A stretch of 64,000 bases of DNA from an uncultured Azospirillaceae bacterium (GTDB lineage Bacteria > Pseudomonadota > Alphaproteobacteria > Rickettsiales > UBA3002): positions 133,015-197,014 of the forward strand of contig CAYGTO010000003.1 in the NCBI GenBank assembly GCA_964352815.1. Reading direction: 5' to 3'. Under the pieces are notes generated by a model. It was not told where the DNA came from, did not search any database, and saw nothing but the letters and a program-made list of their open reading frames with translations. Positions 44,837 to 54,779 of the stretch are shown piece by piece; within the stretch, counting starts at the first letter, position 1; the number at the start of each line of letters is the position of its first letter. The position numbers were made by a program, and so were the translations under genes.

Positions 44837-46512
44837 CCAAGCAACCCGTAGGTAAGCGCGTCTTTGAGCGCCTCATAGGACGCATCGATAATGTTGTGCG
44901 ACACACCGATCGTGGTCCAGCTTTGACCCTTCTCATTCGTGCTTTCGATCATCACACGGGTCAGCGCGGCCGTTGCATCTTTCGGCGTTAGAATTCGCAC
45001 TTTGTAGTCACTCAGATGCATTTTCTTGAGCTTTGGATAGGTCGGCATTAGCGCGGCACGCAGCGCGGCATCGAGTGCATTGACCGGGCCATTACCCTCG
45101 CCTGCTGTCAGGCAGGTACCGTCATCCTGAGAGAGCGCAGCGAGCGAAGGATCTTCCATCCTGTGACACGATAGATCCTTCGCCTGCGGCTCAGGATGAC
45201 GGTTTGTTTTTTTGGATTTTGTAGCAACCGTCAGCTTCACCGTCGCCTCCGACACCGTCACCTTTCTGCCCTTCGCATTAAATCGCCGCTCATCAGTAAC
45301 ACGGAAATGCTCCAGCTCAAAAAATTCGGGCACCAGCCCCAGCTTCCGGCGCACGAGCAGCTCAAAACTCGCATCGGCATCTTCATAGGCATAGCCAAGT
45401 TTCTCGCGCTCCTTGATCAGCTTGACCAAATCATCCAGCTTCGGGTTCTCTTTCTCTTTGCCAAGCCCCATCGCTTCGAGGCGGGTGATGATGTTTGACT
45501 TACCCGCCTTATCGGACACCAGAATCTGGCGCTGATTGCCGACTTGCGCCGGATCAATATGCTCATAGCTCTTCGTGCTTTTCGCCATCGCCGAGACATG
45601 CAAGCCGCCCTTATGCGCAAAGGCCGCGCTACCAACATAGGGCAAATGGCTATTCGGAATCCGGTTCAGCCGCTCATCGACCAGGCGCGACAACTTTACC
45701 AGCTGCTGAAGTTTTTTCTCAGACGCGCCGGTTTTATAGCCCAGCTTCAGCATCAGATTTGGAATGATCGAAATCAAATTCGCATTGCCGCAGCGCTCGC
45801 CAATCCCGTTGATCGTGCCTTGCACCTGGCGCACGCCCGCTTCCACCGCCGCGATTGAATTCGCCACGGCCTGTTCGGTGTCGTTATGGCAATGAATGCC
45901 CAAATGATCGCCCGGAATATGCTGCGTAATTTGCGTTACAATCTCGCTGATCTCATGCGGCAGCGTGCCGCCATTCGTATCACACAGCACCACCCAGCGC
46001 GCGCCGGCCTCATACGCGGCTTTCAGGCAATCAAGCGTGTAGTCTGAGTTCGCCTTGAACCCGTCGAAACAGTGTTCCGCATCAAACAAAACTTCGCGCT
46101 TTTTCGACACCGCATGGGCGATACTGTCGGAAATCATTTTCACATTCTCTTTTTGTGAGACGCCCAATGCGTTCTCGACCTGCCAATCCCAGCTTTTGCC
46201 GACGATGCATAACGCGCCCGGATGCGCATCGAGCAGCGCGTTCAGCCCCGGATCATTCGCCGCGCTACGGCCATTGCGCCGCGTCATGCCAAAGGCAGTG
46301 ACCTTCGCTTTTTTAAGCTTCGGCTGTTCCGCAAAAAATTGATCATCTGTCGGGTTCGCGCCCGGCCATCCGCCTTCAATATAATCAATGCCGAACTCAT
46401 CGAGCGCCTTCGCAATCGCGATTTTATCAGACACGGTGAAATCAACCCCACGCGCCTGCGCGCCATCGCGCAGGGTGGAATCATAGAGAGTAATGCGGTC
46501 TTGTTTAGTCAT
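44833..46512 (-). CDS. cimA: citramalate synthase-type LeuA-family enzyme with a repeat-derived insertion
   Basis: LYDSTLRDGAQ entry, HCHND metal motif and a C-terminal LeuA-dimer domain. Start placed at MTKQDR (46512). The extra segment RHPEPQAKDLSCHRMEDPSLAALSQDDG coincides with the repeat. Confidence 0.8.
   Translation of the reverse strand: MTKQDRITLYDSTLRDGAQARGVDFTVSDKIAIAKALDEFGIDYIEGGWPGANPTDDQFFAEQPKLKKAKVTAFGMTRRNGRSAANDPGLNALLDAHPGALCIVGKSWDWQVENALGVSQKENVKMISDSIAHAVSKKREVLFDAEHCFDGFKANSDYTLDCLKAAYEAGARWVVLCDTNGGTLPHEISEIVTQITQHIPGDHLGIHCHNDTEQAVANSIAAVEAGVRQVQGTINGIGERCGNANLISIIPNLMLKLGYKTGASEKKLQQLVKLSRLVDERLNRIPNSHLPYVGSAAFAHKGGLHVSAMAKSTKSYEHIDPAQVGNQRQILVSDKAGKSNIITRLEAMGLGKEKENPKLDDLVKLIKEREKLGYAYEDADASFELLVRRKLGLVPEFFELEHFRVTDERRFNAKGRKVTVSEATVKLTVATKSKKTNRHPEPQAKDLSCHRMEDPSLAALSQDDGTCLTAGEGNGPVNALDAALRAALMPTYPKLKKMHLSDYKVRILTPKDATAALTRVMIESTNEKGQSWTTIGVSHNIIDASYEALKDALTYGLLG
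45121..45200. repeat. nested-palindrome element (GTCATCCTGAG subfamily) inside cimA
   Basis: 80 bp, identical at 75 of 80 positions to 43358-43437. Confidence 0.9.
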
Positions 46513-46621
46513 GACGAGCATTAGGCGAGATTTTTGCAAAAAAATCAAGAATCGTCACAATTCTGAAACAATCCTATGTTATTAAGCCCAAATATTAAGA
46601 ATATAAGGAAGGACAAATAAG

Positions 46622-47065
46622 ATGAATATGACAAGAACAGATGATCAACTTTCAGGCGCGGTACGTAGGGTAGTTGATGACTTAGCGGCTGGAACATTAA
46701 AAGGTACTCATACAATAGATTTAGGCAAATTCTCTGTAGAAATTTCTCAAGAGGGAGGAAACTGTTATTCTCTGAATAGGGTTAAGTCTACCCACGGTGG
46801 CAGCCCTAAAGACCCTAATGGAGAAGGCGAATCTAGGCTGGATTCATATTTTGCCATCAACCATGTATACAAAACGTTATCAGAGAATGGATATCTCCCC
46901 GAAAGAGATGGAAGTGGACCACCTCCCTCATTTCCTATTAGCGGTTTGCAAGGCGGCGAGGCAAGCGACGTTGTATACGCTCTTGCCACAGCGCATGTGA
47001 ATCAACAGGCTTTGAAGCAAAAAATAGCGCATGCTCAAGAAATAGCAGCCGGGGTACGCCTGTAA
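46622..47065 (+). CDS. hypothetical protein (orphan)
   Basis: 147-aa ORF with AAGGAAGGA upstream; AT-richer by eye; no motif recognised. Confidence 0.5.
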   Translation: MNMTRTDDQLSGAVRRVVDDLAAGTLKGTHTIDLGKFSVEISQEGGNCYSLNRVKSTHGGSPKDPNGEGESRLDSYFAINHVYKTLSENGYLPERDGSGPPPSFPISGLQGGEASDVVYALATAHVNQQALKQKIAHAQEIAAGVRL

Positions 47066-47105
47066 AGCTCTCAGTTTTCTAATTATCCTTAAGGTTATAA
47101 GAAAA

Positions 47106-48452
47106 TTACGCCGCTTCGCCTCGTAGGCGTTTCTCCGTACGTTCGCGCCCCAAAAGCGCCACCACTTTCGGTAGTTCAGGGCCGTCCTCACGCGCGGTGA
47201 GTGCGCGGCGCAGTGGCATGAACAGCTGCTTGCCTTTGCGGCCAGATTCGCTCTTGAGCGCATCGAGCATGGTCTTCCAGCTTTCTTCACTCACTTCACC
47301 CTCTGGCAGCAATTCCGCCGCACGCGCGGTAAATTCCTCATCACCGGTTTCAATCAAGGGCTCGATCGGCTCGCGTAGCAACGCCCACCAATCCTTAATG
47401 TCATGGAATTGTGCCAGGTTACGCTTCACCTGTTCCCAGAAATCTTCATCAACCTGCTCAAATCCCGCCATCACCAAATGCGGCTTGGCGTCGGCGAAGG
47501 ACAGGCCATGAATCAGCTTCTCATTCAGCCGCACCAGCTCTTCCTGATCGTAATTCGCCATCGAGCGGCCGAACTTCGTAATATCGAAACTTTGAATCAG
47601 CGTATCCATCGATTCAAACGCCGCAATCGCATCGGACGTACCGATTTTTGCCAAATAAGAATTGACCGCCATGGGAAGATAGGCCGCGTCACGTAGCCCC
47701 TCAATGTCACCGCCACCCTCGCGCTTCGATAGTTTCGCACCGCCCATTTGCAGCAGTGCCGTATGGCCAAAGACCGGCACATCATAGCCCAGCGTTTGCA
47801 TGAGCTGCACCTGAATCGCCGTGTTCGAGACATGATCTTCGCCGCGCAAAATATGGGTGATGCCCATCTGCCCATCATCCACCGAAGTCGAAAGGGTAAA
47901 GAGCGGCACGCCATCTTCGCGCACAAGCACCGGGTCAGACAGATTCTGTCCCTCAAACTCGACCGGGCCGCGCACCAAATCCTCCCACGCAATTTTTGCA
48001 TGATCGAGCTTGAAGCGCCAATGGGCTTTGCGTCCTTCTGCCTCATAGGCCTGCTTCTCATCATCGGTGAGTTTCAACGCGCCGCGATCATAAATCGGCG
48101 GTTTCCCACGGCTAGCGAGCATTTTGCGTTTCACTTCCAGCTCGTCCGGCGTCTCGTAACACGGATAAAGCCGGCCATCTTCGATCAGCTTTTGCTTCGC
48201 CGCCTTATAGCGCTCAAAGCGGTCAGACTGCCGGTCACTCTGATCCCACTCCAGCCCAAGCCATTTCAAATCCGTGCGTATCGCCTCTTCATATTCCGCT
48301 TTCGAGCGCTCCTGATCCGTGTCATCGATGCGCAGCACAAACGTACCGCCCTGCGCTTTGGCGAACAAAAAATTCACCAGCGCGGTGCGGGTGTTGCCCA
48401 CATGGAGCTTACCGGTTGGGGATGGTGCAAAACGGACTTTAGGTTGATTCAT
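47106..48452 (-). CDS. gltX: glutamate--tRNA ligase
   Basis: RFAPSPTGKLHVGN (HIGH) and KLSKR (KMSKS) motifs. Start placed at MNQPKV (48452); the listed ORF start (48500) lies inside the adjacent repeat. Confidence 0.93.
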   Translation of the reverse strand: MNQPKVRFAPSPTGKLHVGNTRTALVNFLFAKAQGGTFVLRIDDTDQERSKAEYEEAIRTDLKWLGLEWDQSDRQSDRFERYKAAKQKLIEDGRLYPCYETPDELEVKRKMLASRGKPPIYDRGALKLTDDEKQAYEAEGRKAHWRFKLDHAKIAWEDLVRGPVEFEGQNLSDPVLVREDGVPLFTLSTSVDDGQMGITHILRGEDHVSNTAIQVQLMQTLGYDVPVFGHTALLQMGGAKLSKREGGGDIEGLRDAAYLPMAVNSYLAKIGTSDAIAAFESMDTLIQSFDITKFGRSMANYDQEELVRLNEKLIHGLSFADAKPHLVMAGFEQVDEDFWEQVKRNLAQFHDIKDWWALLREPIEPLIETGDEEFTARAAELLPEGEVSEESWKTMLDALKSESGRKGKQLFMPLRRALTAREDGPELPKVVALLGRERTEKRLRGEAA

Positions 48453-48495
48453 GAGAGGTTTGTAATGGTTGAGGGGTGAAATGTAAATGGAAACT

Positions 48496-48581
48496 GTCAT
48501 TGCGAGGAGCGATAGCGACGAAGCAATCTTTTGAAAGTGACTACTGAGATTGCCGCGCTCACTTCGTTCGCTCGCAATGAC
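48496..48581. repeat. nested-palindrome element (GTCATTGCGAG variant), gltX-nadE spacer
   Basis: GTCATTGCGAG...GAAGCAATCT-tttgaaagtgactact-GAGATTGC...CTCGCAATGAC. Confidence 0.85.
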
Positions 48582-48587
48582 GTGATA

Positions 48588-50255
48588 CTAAATAACGCGT
48601 TGCTGGATCCAGTGATTGGTGATCGGGTAGCGACGATCGCGCCCGAACGACATGCCGGATAGGCGTACGCCGGGCGGCGACTGACGGCGCTTATACTCCG
48701 CCGTATAGATGAGCTTGATGATGTTGCGCACCATTTCCGGTTCGTAGCCACGCTCGAGCACCTCTTCTAGCGAGAGACGTGCTTCAATGAAACACTGCAA
48801 AATGCTATCGAGCTTGTCATATGGAGGAAGCGAATCTTGATCTTTCTGATCATGGCGCAGCTCGGCAGTGGGCGGCTTAGTAATCATCCGCTCGGGAATC
48901 ACTGCTTTCGCAGGCCCTTTAAATTCCATGCCCTTCCCTTTAAAATCGATCTCGCCTTTATTACGCCAGCGCGCGAGCGCAAACACGCTTGTTTTATAGC
49001 AATCTTTCAGCACCGAATAACCACCACACATATCACCATACAGCGTCGAGTAGCCAACCGACAGTTCCGATTTATTCCCTGTCGTCAGGACCATATCGCC
49101 AAATTTATTACTCATCGCCATCAGAATATTGCCACGTATGCGCGCCTGAATATTTTCCTCAGTAATGTCTGCTTTCTGATCTTTGAACATCTCGCTAAAC
49201 GTATCATCATACGCTTCCATGAGTTTACCGATTGGCATCGTATCCATCTGTACGCCTAGAGTTTCTGCCATTTCCGTGGCATCCTCGTTGCTATCGTTCG
49301 ACGTGTAAGGCGATGGCATAAGCACGGTACGCACCCGATCCGGCCCCAGCGCATCAACCGCCACTGCTGTGGTAACACCCGAATCAATGCCGCCCGACAG
49401 GCCAATGATCACCCCTGGGAAGCCATTTTTCTCCACATAATCCTTCAGCCCGAGCACCATCACTTGGTACATGGTCGCCTCGTCGGCATAGGAGAAATCG
49501 CAGGGTTCCAAAGGTTCTTTAGCCGGCTCATAGGCCGCCACCTCTTCGGCGCAATGGGCGAGGTTCTGCGTCACAACCCCATCTTTGTTGCACACGAAAG
49601 ACCGGCCATCAAACACCAGCTCATCTTGTCCGCCCACATTATTCACGTAAATCACATCACAGCCTGCTTCTTGCGCCAGCTCTGACACCATCTCAAAGCG
49701 GCGCGGCGCTTTATCCATCTCAAAGGGCGAAGCATTCTGCGAAATAATCAGATCTGGCATGAGGCTAATCACATGCTCGCGGCATTTCGGATCCCACGTC
49801 TCCTCACAAATCATGATTGCAACGCGCGTCCCGTGGAAGTTATACAGCTTTGGAAGATCACCTGCGACAAACAAACGCTTTTCATCGAACACGCCATAAT
49901 TGGGGAGCGCCGCCTTGTAGCTGTGAAAATTCATTTCACCCTTCTCAAGGAGAAACGTCGCATTATAGAGCGAAGCCTCCTCTTCCCATAGGCCGCCGAC
50001 AAGCATAGAAAGGTCCTCGCCGCGCGTGGCTTCTCGAAGCGTTTCAACGGCCTCCATTGCCACCTTACGAAAGGCGGTTTTGTAGAGAATATCTTCGGCC
50101 GGATAACCGGTGATGGCCATTTCCGGGAAAATGATCATCCCCTTCTCGCCCTTCTTCAACTTCTTAGCGGCCTCGCGGTACATCTCCTCGATGCGCGCTG
50201 TGTTGCCGTCAATATCGCCGACGATGGAATTAAGCTGTGCTAAGAAAAAGGTCAT
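48588..50255 (-). CDS. nadE: glutamine-dependent NAD+ synthetase
   Basis: N-terminal nitrilase-like (CN hydrolase) domain plus a C-terminal NAD synthetase domain with the SGGIDS PP-loop. Confidence 0.92.
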   Translation of the reverse strand: MTFFLAQLNSIVGDIDGNTARIEEMYREAAKKLKKGEKGMIIFPEMAITGYPAEDILYKTAFRKVAMEAVETLREATRGEDLSMLVGGLWEEEASLYNATFLLEKGEMNFHSYKAALPNYGVFDEKRLFVAGDLPKLYNFHGTRVAIMICEETWDPKCREHVISLMPDLIISQNASPFEMDKAPRRFEMVSELAQEAGCDVIYVNNVGGQDELVFDGRSFVCNKDGVVTQNLAHCAEEVAAYEPAKEPLEPCDFSYADEATMYQVMVLGLKDYVEKNGFPGVIIGLSGGIDSGVTTAVAVDALGPDRVRTVLMPSPYTSNDSNEDATEMAETLGVQMDTMPIGKLMEAYDDTFSEMFKDQKADITEENIQARIRGNILMAMSNKFGDMVLTTGNKSELSVGYSTLYGDMCGGYSVLKDCYKTSVFALARWRNKGEIDFKGKGMEFKGPAKAVIPERMITKPPTAELRHDQKDQDSLPPYDKLDSILQCFIEARLSLEEVLERGYEPEMVRNIIKLIYTAEYKRRQSPPGVRLSGMSFGRDRRYPITNHWIQQRVI

Positions 50256-50380
50256 AAATTCGTCATACACGTTTGATACATTCTAATGTAGTGAAAGCGT
50301 AGATTTATACAATGAAGAAGAAGATAATGGCCGATGAGTCGTACATAGATATCACTCTTACATTGTTTAATCGCAGCATT

Positions 50381-52297
50381 CTACCCCGCCTGCTTCGTCT
50401 CCAGCGTGAGCCAGCGGGCTTCTAGCATGTCTAGCCGCTCTCTTAGTTTAGCATACTCACGAGTGGCACGGTCGAAGGCTTCGGGCTCTTTGGTATAGAA
50501 GTCGGGCGCAGCGAGGCGTTGATTGAGTGCCGCTAGTTCCTGTTCCAATGCTTCAATTTTTTCTATCAGGGTTTTAAGCTCATGCTGCTCGGAAAAGGTG
50601 AGTTCGGGTTTCGCCTTGGGTGCGGGCTGTTTGGGTGACGCTGTACCGCTTGCATCTTCGGGCTTTTTGCCTTTGGCGGAAGCGACACTGCTTTTGGAGG
50701 AACGTTTTTTACTGCTCCCGGTTTTTGAAGATTCGCGCTGTTTCTCTTTCGGTGTTGTCTCGCTATTTTTTAGCTTCCCCGATTCTTTCAAATAATCGCT
50801 ATAACCGCCAATATAGCTATCGACCTGCGCGTCGCCTTCAAAGGCCAAGGTCTTGGTCACCGTTTGATCCAGAAAGTCGCGATCATGGCTGACCACAAAC
50901 AGCGTACCATCATAATTCGCCAAAATCTCCTCAAGCATATCGAGCGTTTCCATGTCGAGATCATTGGTCGGCTCATCGAGAATCAGCAGATTCCCTGGAT
51001 TTGCCAGCACTTTTGCGAGCAACAACCGATTCTTCTGCCCACCCGACAGCGTCGCCACTTTCACATCCTTATCGCGCGGATCGAACATGAAATCTTTCAT
51101 ATAGCCGCACACATGGCGCTGCTTCTTACCCACCGTGATATATTCGCTATCGCCATTGCAAAGGTTGCGGCGGATCGAATGGTCCGGGTTCAGCGTGCTG
51201 CGCTTTTGGTCAAAGTAGGAAATATCCAGCGTGTAGGCGCGTTTGACCTTGCCCGCATCCGGCGCCAAATCACCCACGAGCAGCTTCAGAAAACTCGTTT
51301 TCCCCGAGCCATTTTTGCCCAAAATGCCAATCCGCTCTCCCTTCATCACGCGCAGATTAAACTGATCGAGAATGGGCTTTGCGTTCTCCCTTTCGCCAAA
51401 AGATTTTCGCACCTTGAAAAACTCTGCCACCACATTGCTGCTCTGGCTTGATTCCAGCGGCGCCAGCTCAAGCTTGCTATTGATTTTGCGGAATTGATAT
51501 TTATCCGCGCGGAGTTTTTCCTTCGCCTCATGCACCAGCTGAAGCCGGCGCACATTGCGTTTGCGCCGCGCTTTGACGCCGCGGCTTGCCCATTCAATCT
51601 CTTGCGCCAGCGCCGATTCGCGGTTTTTCAGCTCGCGCGCCTCATGTTCCAGTAGCTCAGCAGACCATTGCTCAAAATGGCCGAACCCTTTCGGGCAGAC
51701 GCGAATATTCCCGCGATCCAGCCAAAACACTTTGTTCGAAATATTCGCGAGGAAGGTTTTATCATGGCTGATGCACAGCACCGTCCCACGATATTGCTTC
51801 AGATACTGCTCGAGCCACTCAATCCCTTCCAAATCCAAATGGTTGGTCGGCTCATCGAGCATCAACACATCCGGCTCATCCACCAGCGAGCGTGCGAGCG
51901 CCACGCGCCGTAACTGCCCACCTGAAAGCCGGCCCATCGTATCTTCCAGCCGCAAGCCCAGCGGCTCGGTCACCATCTCCACGCGGTAGTGATATTCCTC
52001 GCCCTTATATTCCTCGGAAAGCCCTTCATGAACATAGTCAAACACTGTGATCTCAGGCTCAAACGGCGGATCCTGATGCAAATAGCCAATCTCCGTGCCT
52101 GGCAGCGACCAGCGCTCACCGCCATCCAGCTCGCGCTCGCCGGAAATCATATGCATCAGCGTGGTTTTCCCTGCGCCATTCTTCCCGACCAAACAAATCT
52201 TATCACCCTCGTGAATATTGAAGCTCAGCCCATCAAACAGCGGCACCTTACCAAAGGTGACATAGGCATCGGTGATGCTGAGAATCAGATTGCTCAT
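50381..52297 (-). CDS. uup: ABC-F family ATPase (Uup-like)
   Basis: Two ABC cassettes (GKNGAGKTT, GKNGSGKTS, LSGG signatures), no TM domain, a basic linker and a C-terminal coiled coil. Confidence 0.8.
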   Translation of the reverse strand: MSNLILSITDAYVTFGKVPLFDGLSFNIHEGDKICLVGKNGAGKTTLMHMISGERELDGGERWSLPGTEIGYLHQDPPFEPEITVFDYVHEGLSEEYKGEEYHYRVEMVTEPLGLRLEDTMGRLSGGQLRRVALARSLVDEPDVLMLDEPTNHLDLEGIEWLEQYLKQYRGTVLCISHDKTFLANISNKVFWLDRGNIRVCPKGFGHFEQWSAELLEHEARELKNRESALAQEIEWASRGVKARRKRNVRRLQLVHEAKEKLRADKYQFRKINSKLELAPLESSQSSNVVAEFFKVRKSFGERENAKPILDQFNLRVMKGERIGILGKNGSGKTSFLKLLVGDLAPDAGKVKRAYTLDISYFDQKRSTLNPDHSIRRNLCNGDSEYITVGKKQRHVCGYMKDFMFDPRDKDVKVATLSGGQKNRLLLAKVLANPGNLLILDEPTNDLDMETLDMLEEILANYDGTLFVVSHDRDFLDQTVTKTLAFEGDAQVDSYIGGYSDYLKESGKLKNSETTPKEKQRESSKTGSSKKRSSKSSVASAKGKKPEDASGTASPKQPAPKAKPELTFSEQHELKTLIEKIEALEQELAALNQRLAAPDFYTKEPEAFDRATREYAKLRERLDMLEARWLTLETKQAG

Positions 52298-52392
52298 AGG
52301 ACAAAGGGTTTCGTTACCAGCGCGATGCTATAGCGCAGCAGATGGGGAAAGGCAATGGGTCAATGCGGCAGCGATCGCGCCGAGATAGGATA

Positions 52393-53325
52393 CTAAAGCT
52401 TTTCCATCAATTCCGGAACGATGTCGAACAGATCGCCCACCAGCCCATAATCGGCGATTTCGAAGATAGGCGCATTTTCGTCTTTATTGATTGCAACGAT
52501 CACTTTGGATTCCTTCATCCCCGCCAAATGCTGAATCGCGCCAGAAATACCAATCGCGATGTACAGCTCAGGCGCCACGATTTTTCCTGTCTGGCCGACC
52601 TGGTAATCGTTAGGCACATAGCCCGCATCGACGGCCGCGCGTGACGCACCAATCGCTGCGCCCAGCTTATCGGCCAGCGGCTCGAGTAGCCCATTAAATT
52701 TCTCGCCATCGCCAAAGCCGCGCCCACCAGAAATGACGATATTCGCAGCGGCAAGATCGGGGCGATCGCCCTCAGATTCGCTATGCGAGACATAGGTGGA
52801 AAGCCCTGAACTGGACGGGCATTCAATCACTTCAGCGCTCGCCGAACCGCTTTCACCTGCTTTATCAAAGCTTGAAGGTCGCACCGTAACCACCTTAATT
52901 TCGTCAGAACTTTGCACCGTTTCGATCGCATTACCCGCATAGATCGGGCGACGGAACGTGTCAGCCGATTCGACCGCAATAATGTCTGATATTTGCTGAA
53001 CGTTCAATTTCGCTGCGATGCGCGGCATGATATCTTTGCCAGTCGTCGTTGCTGGTGCAAGGATATGCGAATAGCTGCTTGCAAGCGGCGCCACCAGCGC
53101 TTCCATATTCTCCGCAAGCGGCCAGCTGTAATGCCCGGCATCGGCATGGAGCACCTTCGCCACCCCGTCAATTTTTGTCGCCTGCGCGGCGGCATCGCCT
53201 GCATTATGGCCTGCTACAAGCAGATGAATGTCACCTGCACTCATTGCCTGCGCCGCGGCGACCGTCGCATGCGTCGCCGGATTCACGGTTTTGTGATCAT
53301 GTTCTGCAATGATTAATACTGCCAT
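52393..53325 (-). CDS. etfA: electron transfer flavoprotein subunit alpha
   Basis: 310 aa with the C-terminal FAD-binding motif [19 protein letters not shown]. Confidence 0.93.
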   Translation of the reverse strand: MAVLIIAEHDHKTVNPATHATVAAAQAMSAGDIHLLVAGHNAGDAAAQATKIDGVAKVLHADAGHYSWPLAENMEALVAPLASSYSHILAPATTTGKDIMPRIAAKLNVQQISDIIAVESADTFRRPIYAGNAIETVQSSDEIKVVTVRPSSFDKAGESGSASAEVIECPSSSGLSTYVSHSESEGDRPDLAAANIVISGGRGFGDGEKFNGLLEPLADKLGAAIGASRAAVDAGYVPNDYQVGQTGKIVAPELYIAIGISGAIQHLAGMKESKVIVAINKDENAPIFEIADYGLVGDLFDIVPELMEKL

Positions 53326-53336
53326 ATTCTACTCCT

Positions 53337-53412
53337 ACGTTTCGCGAAGGAGCGAAGCGACTGACGCGATCCAGGGCGTGACTCTGGATTGCTTCGCTAC
53401 GCTCGCAAAGCG
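53337..53412. repeat. nested-palindrome element, degenerate TTCGCGA subfamily, etfB-etfA spacer
   Basis: acgTTTCGCGAAG-gagcgaagcgactgac-GCGATCCAG-ggcgtgact-CTGGATTGC-ttcgctacg-CTCGCAAAGCGt. Confidence 0.65.
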
Positions 53413-54168
53413 TTACAACACCTTTGCTTCGTTCTTCAACTTATCGACCAGCTCATCAACATCTGCCACCTTCACCCCGCCGCTTCGTTTCGGCGGCTCG
53501 GTCACTTTGAGCACACTCACGCGCGGCGCAAGATCAATGCCGAGCGACGATGCTTCAACCGTCTCCATCGGCTTGCTGCGCGCTTTCATAATATCGGGCA
53601 GTTTCGCATAGCGCGGCTCATTCAGTCGCAAATCCGTCGTCACCACGCATGGTAGATTGAGGCCTACTGTCATTAAGCCGCCATCGACTTCGCGGGTCAC
53701 TTCGATGGCTTGACCATCGATCTTCAACTCCGAGGCGAAGGTTCCTTGGCCCCAGCCTAGCATGGCCGCGAGCATTTGGCCGGTTTGGTTTGCATCATCA
53801 TCAATCGCCTGCTTACCCATAATGACCAGATCGGGCGATTCTTGTTTCACAATATGTTCAAGAATTTTCGATGCAGCCAGTGGCTGAATCACCTCATCTT
53901 CGCCGGTTTGAATGCGAATCGCCTTATCAACCCCGAGCGCCAGTGCGGTACGCAGCACATCTTCTACTTTCGCCGGACCAACCGACACGGCGACGACTTC
54001 GCTTGCTGCGCCCTTCTCTTTCAGGCGAATTGCTTCTTCCACCGCGATTTCATCGAACGGGTTCATCGACATTTTCACGCCGCCCAGCTCAACGCCAGTT
54101 TCATCGGATTTCACACGGATTTTGACATTGTAATCAACCACACGCTTGACGGGGACAAGGATTTTCAT
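53413..54168 (-). CDS. etfB: electron transfer flavoprotein subunit beta
   Basis: [19 protein letters not shown] entry; 251 aa. Confidence 0.93.
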   Translation of the reverse strand: MKILVPVKRVVDYNVKIRVKSDETGVELGGVKMSMNPFDEIAVEEAIRLKEKGAASEVVAVSVGPAKVEDVLRTALALGVDKAIRIQTGEDEVIQPLAASKILEHIVKQESPDLVIMGKQAIDDDANQTGQMLAAMLGWGQGTFASELKIDGQAIEVTREVDGGLMTVGLNLPCVVTTDLRLNEPRYAKLPDIMKARSKPMETVEASSLGIDLAPRVSVLKVTEPPKRSGGVKVADVDELVDKLKNEAKVL

Positions 54169-54192
54169 CGGCCACCTTCCTGTTCGTTTTTC

Positions 54193-54277
54193 GTCATCTT
54201 CGAGCGAACTGCTGTTCGCCTCGGAGATCTATGTTACATCAGATTCCCGACGCTCGCTAGGCTCGGTCGAGAATGAC
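54193..54277. repeat. nested-palindrome element (GTCAT...ATGAC family) upstream of etfB
   Basis: GTCATCTTCGAG-cgaactgctgttcgc-CTCGGAGATCT...AGATTCCCGAC...GTCGAGAATGAC. Confidence 0.85.
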
Positions 54278-54354
54278 GATTTTGTTATTAGAATGATTAT
54301 AGCCGGAAATGCGCTTGCTCTCAAGCGACACTATGGATGCGTTGCAGCATGAAT

Positions 54355-54546
54355 TTAGGCCTGATTTGTCAGCAAGATAAAGGCGATAATAGCCAGCGCA
54401 ATGCCCTGAAACACCACCCGTGCGCCCATGAGCTTCACACCATATTTGCGGTTGAACTTCCCGCCGCGCACCATCGCGGCGATACCCACCAAGCAGATGA
54501 GGGCCGTAGCGATCATAAAAATCAAGAGTAATGTGTTTGGTTCCAT
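54355..54546 (-). CDS. twin transmembrane helix small protein (HIG1-like)
   Basis: 63 aa with two TM helices joined by a basic loop (RGGKFNRKYG..LM..RV). Confidence 0.75.
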   Translation of the reverse strand: MEPNTLLLIFMIATALICLVGIAAMVRGGKFNRKYGVKLMGARVVFQGIALAIIAFILLTNQA

Positions 54547-54549
54547 TGT

Positions 54550-54732
54550 TTATCCGCTCGCATAATGGCGTTCGTGGAAGACAAAGGTGCGGCTGCAATA
54601 GGGGCAGACGACCTGGTCTGTTTCTGGATCAATGTGCAGGTAGACACGCGGATGTCCTAGCGGACCAGAGCCACCGTCACAGCTGACTTTTTTGTCATAC
54701 ACTTCGATCACTTCAAAAGGAGATTGGCTCAT
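54550..54732 (-). CDS. zinc-finger (zf-CHCC, NDUFS6-like) protein
   Basis: VSCDGG..PLGHPRVYL....D..VVCPYCS pattern. Start placed at MSQSPF (54732). Confidence 0.8.
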   Translation of the reverse strand: MSQSPFEVIEVYDKKVSCDGGSGPLGHPRVYLHIDPETDQVVCPYCSRTFVFHERHYASG

Positions 54733-54779
54733 TTTATTCCTCTTTTTTGGATATAAGTCATTTTTCTCATCGCGCAAGC

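Noticed and set aside
48497-48751. 84-aa minus-strand ORF
   Set aside because: It starts inside the repeat at 48496-48581 and overlaps the nadE 3' end out of frame. It is an artefact.
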